The notes under the pieces: model-generated
What the model was told of the DNA's origin: nothing
What the model saw: only the letters and a program-made list of their open reading frames with translations
Database searches by the model: none
Part shown: positions 43,971 through 50,012 of the stretch, piece after piece
Layout of the letters: every line of letters begins with the position of its first letter
How positions within the stretch are numbered: position 1 is the first letter of the stretch
From: a virus
Lineage: Duplodnaviria; Caudoviricetes
Direction: 5' to 3' (one strand)
Length of the DNA: 50,012 nucleotides
IMG/VR virus record: IMGVR_UViG_3300032239_001852
Coordinates: 1 to 50,012 of that record
Translations under genes and position numbers: made by a program

Positions 43971-46900
43971 ATGGCTAGCTATACCGGAACTATCACGGTA
44001 AAAATCAAGGCACGCTTGCTGGGCCACACGCCTATTGGCGATGGCTTCTTGGACATTACGCCGCGTATTGCCTTTAGCGACGGCCAGTCAGGAGCATTTA
44101 GCTTCAATGAAAGCACTGACGGCTCCCTTTCGTCTCTTGAATTTTCTATTCTTACCATGTTCCCCAACTCAACAACTAATTGGTCATCTTACGCGGGAGC
44201 AGATGTCGACGCCAAAGCGCAGGCCGCCCTGAATGACCAAACATACGCATTTGAGGTGCCTAACCGGACCGAGGTCCAAGTCTATGAAGCTGGGGTCCTC
44301 ATCTTTGGTGGAGTGGTTACTGAAGTGTCCCGAGAAAGCACCGGCGGCAACCAGGGCACAGGTAGTGCAATTCTTTCTCGCGTAAAGTGCTCGGATTACA
44401 CTGCACTTCTTGACGAAGTAGTGATAAATCAGTACAAAGCTCCGTACGACACACTTGACTACCAGCTTATTTGTGGTGGGTACGCGACCGACAAAGATAA
44501 GAATGGTTTAAAGATTACTAAAATTTCCAACGGAGACAACGGGTCTGGCAAGCGTCGCATTACGGTGTCACTAAATGATTCCCACGATTTGCTCGTTGGC
44601 CAGCAAGTCATTATTGATCAAACGACAAACTACAATTCTACTTGGACCGTGTACTCAATTGATTCTGTAGTTAGCTACACGGCCGACAATACCGCGCTTA
44701 CGTATTCTAGCGGGGTTGCAGATGAAACGTCTGGCCGCAGCACCCCATACACCGCTTCTATATTTAGCGATGTTCGCACATCTGATCCATACTCTGGTGC
44801 AACGTACAACCTTGGAATTGACTATACAACGTATGTTGAACAAAATACTAATGACAAGAAGTTTAGCCCAATTTCGTATCTTCCTGACGGTAAATTTCCA
44901 TCGCAGCTTGGGGCCAAAGTGTGGATTCCCCTTTCTAGCCCAAAAAGCGAGACCGGTCGAACTACGTTTGATCCAAGGGCCATGGATGCCAGAAAAGATT
45001 TGCGCCTTGCCCGTATAGACAGCGACATCGTTGAGCGGTATGCGGTGCGTGCAATTAGCTCGTATGACTCTACTTCTGATTTTTTTGACGTTACGACTAT
45101 TGGAACCCATGCATTATCTAATGGACAAACCGTCGCGTTAGGAAACATCAATTACAATAATACTGGCACTTACTCATCAGGATTTAGGGTTACTACGGCT
45201 GGGCCAAGCACTGTTAGGGTCTATTCACCTGTTGATCCTGGAATTCAACTGAAATATAGCGATACTATCTCCGGCGTTTTTACCGATGGAGCTTATGCCA
45301 CATATACTGCAACAAATACCTTTTCTGCGGGCGATCCAGTTGGCATTTATGGGATTACAGAATCTGGCTCTTCGGGGACTCTTAATGTCCAGTATTCAAT
45401 AATTGAAGAGGCAACCCCAACAGGTTTTAAAATTAAAAACTCATCTAGCAACACGTGGGTTTCTGGCGGTGTTGCATATACCTCATATATTGAAGTGGTG
45501 TCTACTCCGTCTGTTCAGGCAGACGCTCAACGCTTTGGCATCGTAGCTGCCAAGCGCGAAAATGGTGTCACAACTATTTGGCACAACGGCCCGGCATCAT
45601 GGTTTGACACCAATGATGTTGTCTACATTTCCGGCTCTGCTGCATACGATGGCAAATTTATTATTACAGATAAGGGCAATGGTGCTGCGAGCTCCTCTGC
45701 GCCGTTTCACGTATCCGGCGGTTATCGGCAAGCCAACAATTGCGAAATCATTGTTGCAAACCAATCTACTCCTTGGGCACCGGCGCTTACTAGCACTAAC
45801 AAGGCTTCGCACCCATTCAAGGTTGGAGATAGCATTACACTTTCCGTGGACGCAAGTGCAGCTCGGCTGGATGGGCTCAATGGTTCTGGTATCACTATTA
45901 CGCAAGTCAATGGCGCTAATATCTCGTTTACAAAATCCGGGGGCAATCTTGCTTTTGAATCCTTGAGTAAAACGCAACGCGGGACCTCAACGGTATATCT
46001 GAGTACTGCCGGATACTCATACATTAAGTTTGCGGATGGACGACCCGATGATGGTCATGGTGCCCAAAACATAGGACAAAGCGCGACTGTAACTACGTAT
46101 AATTACTCGTGGACTGCAAGCCCTGGGGCTGGTCGGTCAGCGGCAACGCCAGGAACATCGTTTACCACCATGCCAAACGATTCTTTGTCGTATATTGGCG
46201 GTCGGCAAGCTGTTTCATTTACCTCCTCCCTATACCAAGGGCTATCAACCAAAAAGGTTGCAGATGTCGCAAAAGTGGCCGTAGTCTCAAACGTAGGCAC
46301 GATTACTACAAAACATGCGCACGGCATACAAGCTGGCGAAGGAATTACGGTGTCTTTAGTTACAAATACCAGCCTTAATGGAGGGTATAACGTTACGGCC
46401 ACCACTGCCACCACGCTGACATTTAACATTACTGCTTCTGATATGTCCTCTGTGGATACTGGAACAGTTAAGTCTGATGGAATTGGCTTTGCTTCTTTTG
46501 GTAGCAACATGAGTTCAATCTTTTTGATTAGGCCTTCATCGCTTCCTTCTGCGGGCAATTTTGCAACCATTTGGCATGGCGGATCAAAACTTGCAACACA
46601 TCGTCGGGAAATCCGCCTAAGTTCAACTGGAGAAATACACTTTCGTGTTCTCGCTTCAACAAGCTATGCAAGCGGAATTTTTGTTGCTGCCGGAGAAACT
46701 GCCATTATTTACGTGTCTTATAATCGATCTACTGGTGCTTTGGTTATTCAAAAAAATGATACAACCCCCTACTCAACGACAGCCACCACAACAGATACTA
46801 GAGCGAACCCAAACTTTACCATCGGCTATGGATATAGCTCCTCAGGAGCAGCAGAATCATTTTATAATGGCCTTATTGGCGACATTATCAATTTTGATCG

Positions 46901-49013
46901 TGTGTTGACTGCTTCTGAACAATCTCAAATAATTGCTTGGTTTGCGCACTGGTACACGCGAGCAGATTTGCTTGATAAAGACAACACCTACCGGTCTTTA
47001 TCAAATCTACCGGGGAAGTCGTCTGCAAGCAAGCTAAAAGAGCCATTTAACGGAATGACGCTTCGCCAGGCAATGGATTATCTTAGCAAGAAAACTAATA
47101 CCCAGTACTGGGTGGATGCAAATAAACGATTACACTATAAGCTACGAGAAATAAAAAACTTTGTGTCTAATTCTGTGTTTGAGGATGCTTTTGGAAATGC
47201 AGGAACAACGGGTTGGGCCACGAGCGGATTTACACTTACCGACCGAACTGGTGGGCCATATGGCTATGGATATGCCCTTACCGCCACATCTTCAACTTTG
47301 CAGCAAGCGACTTCTAAAAAGTTTGACGTATCAACTGGCGATGTTCTATGGGCATCCGCGATGATCAAGACGGGAAACGCCTCTACGGCAAAGCTAAATA
47401 TTCGTTTATATAAAAACGACAATACTTACAGCGACCACTTCATGGGCGGAGCTGTCAGCACGGTTAATCAATGGCAATATATGTGGGGTGTGGTGAAAGT
47501 TCCTGGGGAAGGCTTTGTTTCGGCAGCAATTATGTTTGAACATGGCGCCGCAACCTCCTATACGAGTTACTGGGCGAATCCCCTAATTGCTAAAATTACT
47601 GGTGAATTTGGTTTTGCGGACTACGGCATTGCCCCAAGCTCAACTGTTGAATACATGTATGATTCCTCTCTCAATGCCATCATCCCGCTAAAGCCTTTTG
47701 AATCTCCTAACAATATCTCACAGTCGGGCAGCGTTACGAATCGCGTGCATGTTTATGCAAAAGCCATCTTGCAAGACTCAAGCGGCGATGTTTCCCAATC
47801 CAATACGATTACTGGCCAGGTGGTTCGCTATACGTTTGACTACGTTCAAGGAGTTTGGCAGACGCACGGCAAAGTTATTGAATCTAGCACCGTAAATAAT
47901 ACTGTAGAAACCCAGGAAGATGCAGCCTTTGTTGCCGCAGCTCAATTCTCACAGTCGGGAAAAAATCTCCAATCCTTTCAGTTTTCCCACCCAACTCATG
48001 CATCAGACGGTCGCCTTACCGTAGGTAGCATTGTTCCTTTCCTTTGGTCGCAAGTTGGCATAGCCGAGCCTATGGTGGTGAAGTCACAGAGCACAGAGGT
48101 GCTCGGCGGGGAGATCTATTATAGCGTGACCCTTGGCAGCGAGCCGGCATTTACCACTGATGCTGTAATCCTTGTGCAGCGAAATGAAATTACACAAAGC
48201 CTTGGGCCGGGTCAGTTGCAATTCTCGAAGCCAAGTCAAATTTTAAACCTTACTGCAAATACGATTGACCTTGATGGAAAACCAACAACTGCTGACCTCA
48301 ACATTGCGTTGCGCTGGTTTTTTGATCGAAATGACCCGAGGAACAAACTTTTTACAAACTTTGAAGTGCAACGCCGCCGTGAAGAACTCCAGCAAACCGT
48401 GGTAAAAACGGCGGGACTTGCCAAGTCTGGCACTGTCATCAGTCGAACTGCGGCCGCGCCGGGAGCAGTTTCCACTGTCACAGTCACGTTTGCTGGCGCA
48501 CCGGCAATCCGTAACGATATATTTATCACTATTAAGGGATGGTCAATTAAAGGCGAAAAAGCTGGATCGCTTAATGGCACGTGGGAAATTCAGTCCGTTG
48601 CGACAAACGGTTCAAATAATACTGAAGTAACATTCCAAATTTATGCTGGAACTAAAGCTATCACGGCCATTAGCAAGACTAAGGCCACTGCCATAAAAAC
48701 CGTGCCAAACATTCAATTTTCATGGTATGAGACCGTTAAGACTGTTAACACTGGTTGGGGCGATTTGTTAACATCAAATAATCAAGCTGTTGTAAATAAC
48801 AACTACACTGACAGCGACACATCTCCCAGGTATCATTACCAATATCGCGTAAGGGCTATTACCAAAGATTCCGATGGAGGAATTCGGCGCGGCGACTGGA
48901 CATACTTGCCCGGCAATTATGTAAATACCACGGATAAAAGCGCGTGGCTTTATGTTACGCGAGATTTGGCAGTTGCAAACTCGCCCGCAGTTAGTTCGGA
49001 GGATAGTCCATAA
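43971..49013 (+). CDS. large tail tip / minor tail protein (repeated small beta modules, LamG-like, CBM-like, FN3-like C-terminus)
   Basis: Follows the tape measure; H.L..G..V.I....NG...V repeats; FYNGLIGDIINFDRVLTASE; YQYRVRA. Confidence 0.75.
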   Translation: MASYTGTITVKIKARLLGHTPIGDGFLDITPRIAFSDGQSGAFSFNESTDGSLSSLEFSILTMFPNSTTNWSSYAGADVDAKAQAALNDQTYAFEVPNRTEVQVYEAGVLIFGGVVTEVSRESTGGNQGTGSAILSRVKCSDYTALLDEVVINQYKAPYDTLDYQLICGGYATDKDKNGLKITKISNGDNGSGKRRITVSLNDSHDLLVGQQVIIDQTTNYNSTWTVYSIDSVVSYTADNTALTYSSGVADETSGRSTPYTASIFSDVRTSDPYSGATYNLGIDYTTYVEQNTNDKKFSPISYLPDGKFPSQLGAKVWIPLSSPKSETGRTTFDPRAMDARKDLRLARIDSDIVERYAVRAISSYDSTSDFFDVTTIGTHALSNGQTVALGNINYNNTGTYSSGFRVTTAGPSTVRVYSPVDPGIQLKYSDTISGVFTDGAYATYTATNTFSAGDPVGIYGITESGSSGTLNVQYSIIEEATPTGFKIKNSSSNTWVSGGVAYTSYIEVVSTPSVQADAQRFGIVAAKRENGVTTIWHNGPASWFDTNDVVYISGSAAYDGKFIITDKGNGAASSSAPFHVSGGYRQANNCEIIVANQSTPWAPALTSTNKASHPFKVGDSITLSVDASAARLDGLNGSGITITQVNGANISFTKSGGNLAFESLSKTQRGTSTVYLSTAGYSYIKFADGRPDDGHGAQNIGQSATVTTYNYSWTASPGAGRSAATPGTSFTTMPNDSLSYIGGRQAVSFTSSLYQGLSTKKVADVAKVAVVSNVGTITTKHAHGIQAGEGITVSLVTNTSLNGGYNVTATTATTLTFNITASDMSSVDTGTVKSDGIGFASFGSNMSSIFLIRPSSLPSAGNFATIWHGGSKLATHRREIRLSSTGEIHFRVLASTSYASGIFVAAGETAIIYVSYNRSTGALVIQKNDTTPYSTTATTTDTRANPNFTIGYGYSSSGAAESFYNGLIGDIINFDRVLTASEQSQIIAWFAHWYTRADLLDKDNTYRSLSNLPGKSSASKLKEPFNGMTLRQAMDYLSKKTNTQYWVDANKRLHYKLREIKNFVSNSVFEDAFGNAGTTGWATSGFTLTDRTGGPYGYGYALTATSSTLQQATSKKFDVSTGDVLWASAMIKTGNASTAKLNIRLYKNDNTYSDHFMGGAVSTVNQWQYMWGVVKVPGEGFVSAAIMFEHGAATSYTSYWANPLIAKITGEFGFADYGIAPSSTVEYMYDSSLNAIIPLKPFESPNNISQSGSVTNRVHVYAKAILQDSSGDVSQSNTITGQVVRYTFDYVQGVWQTHGKVIESSTVNNTVETQEDAAFVAAAQFSQSGKNLQSFQFSHPTHASDGRLTVGSIVPFLWSQVGIAEPMVVKSQSTEVLGGEIYYSVTLGSEPAFTTDAVILVQRNEITQSLGPGQLQFSKPSQILNLTANTIDLDGKPTTADLNIALRWFFDRNDPRNKLFTNFEVQRRREELQQTVVKTAGLAKSGTVISRTAAAPGAVSTVTVTFAGAPAIRNDIFITIKGWSIKGEKAGSLNGTWEIQSVATNGSNNTEVTFQIYAGTKAITAISKTKATAIKTVPNIQFSWYETVKTVNTGWGDLLTSNNQAVVNNNYTDSDTSPRYHYQYRVRAITKDSDGGIRRGDWTYLPGNYVNTTDKSAWLYVTRDLAVANSPAVSSEDSP

Positions 49014-50012
49014 ATGCCAATTGAGCGCATTATTTCTCCCGTTACGGTTACCCCCGAGGGCAGCTCGTTCTCTGCTCTTGAGGTGGGCGGAGATGGCTTT
49101 GATCTTGTTAACGCCGCTGAAGAGCGAGACTCAACGGGCCAGGTGTATCCGGCCGGAAGTCAATCGGTCATTAGCGTTCGGCACGATACAGGAAGCACAA
49201 TCAACGCCAGCTACATCAAAACGGGCGTCATTGACGCAAACCTTATGCGCGCTGGACTTATCCAAACCGTCCCTTCCTGGAACACCAAGTGGTACGGCGC
49301 CCCAGAAGACCACGCAGCAGTGCAGATGGGCTTTACCGGCGGGTCAATTGCGGCGACAGCAGTCTCAACCGGCAGCGGCACTGTTAGCCTTACCCTCCCT
49401 GCTGGCCATGGCCTAACAACCGGCGACTACATTCGGGTATCCGGCCTGTACTTCACCACCGGAGTCCTTCTTGGTAGCGTTGGGCTCAACCTTCCGACTA
49501 ATGGCCCGCTTAACTACGCCTCAGCCACTGTCTCATCAAACACACTGACCTACAGCAAGGCCGATATTACCAGCGGCCTGACTGCTTCTACTGCGTCAAC
49601 TGTTTATGTGGGCAAAGCCTTGGCTATTTCTTCCATTTCTCGCGTTTTTGATGATCCAGATAATCCAGCAGAGCTAAGTACAGTCACTGTTACTACCAGT
49701 GCCGCCCACGGATTTTCTGTTGGCGATTACATTGAGCTCACAGGAACAATTCAGACTATCGATGGTGTTGCGTACGTCACCACCGTACCAACTAGTACCA
49801 CCTTTACATTCAAACAACGGTTTGGCGACAACCTTGAGTACGACGGAACTTCTACTGGTATCTCCCTTCCAACCCTTGGCGCACCAGCTGCAATCAAGGT
49901 GCTTAAGTCCTACACACAGAATGCCGATGGATCGATTCACATTACCTCCGGCACAGTTGATGCGGGCCTAATTGTTGGCACCATTAGCGCCAATGACATC
50001 ACGGTTGGGTCC
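49014..50012 (+). CDS. tail fibre / minor tail protein, 3'-truncated (not in ORF track)
   Basis: ATG directly after the upstream TAA; open to the window end; HGLTTGDYIRV and HGFSVGDYIEL repeats. Confidence 0.75.
   Translation, partial: MPIERIISPVTVTPEGSSFSALEVGGDGFDLVNAAEERDSTGQVYPAGSQSVISVRHDTGSTINASYIKTGVIDANLMRAGLIQTVPSWNTKWYGAPEDHAAVQMGFTGGSIAATAVSTGSGTVSLTLPAGHGLTTGDYIRVSGLYFTTGVLLGSVGLNLPTNGPLNYASATVSSNTLTYSKADITSGLTASTASTVYVGKALAISSISRVFDDPDNPAELSTVTVTTSAAHGFSVGDYIELTGTIQTIDGVAYVTTVPTSTTFTFKQRFGDNLEYDGTSTGISLPTLGAPAAIKVLKSYTQNADGSIHITSGTVDAGLIVGTISANDITVGS

Noticed and set aside
34300-49971. Numerous short ORFs nested in or antisense to the tape measure and tail genes
   Set aside because: No motifs or RBS; these are expected shadow ORFs of long genes.

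Overview
This is a ~50 kb fragment of a tailed dsDNA phage with a long tape measure and no sheath gene seen, so probably a siphovirus. The host cannot be identified from the sequence. The window has three blocks. (1) 1-13640, plus strand: an early/accessory arm of small, mostly unknown genes. From ~4300 it becomes an array of short transcription units, mostly single-gene from ~7000, each built as sigma70-like promoter, conserved leader, ORF and intrinsic terminator. The units are separated by 18 copies of CCCCCATACCCCC; 14 of these sit in a fixed-spacing tripartite element, T6-7 N8 TAT N~16 CCCCCATACCCCC. The arm also has three dispersed paralogs of an unknown Cys/His protein, a probable ~435-nt structured ncRNA, a second 17-bp operator-like repeat, and terminator loops complementary to the leader motifs. 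(2) 13840-23590, minus strand: three tRNAs, two HNH nucleases, thioredoxin, SSB, RusA, a DnaC-like ATPase, a PD-(D/E)XK nuclease, an annealing protein, a two-frame (M.EcoHK31I-type) C5 methyltransferase and a portal fused to a HAD domain. (3) 23808-50012, plus strand: morphogenesis genes. These include a prohead protease fused to a Dps/ferritin domain, the major capsid, connectors, two tail-tube paralogs, a -1 frameshifted chaperone pair, a ~3200-aa tape measure with ParB-like and HExxH cargo, and tail tip/fibre proteins. No terminase or integrase was seen. All assignments come from reading motifs by eye; no database searches were run.
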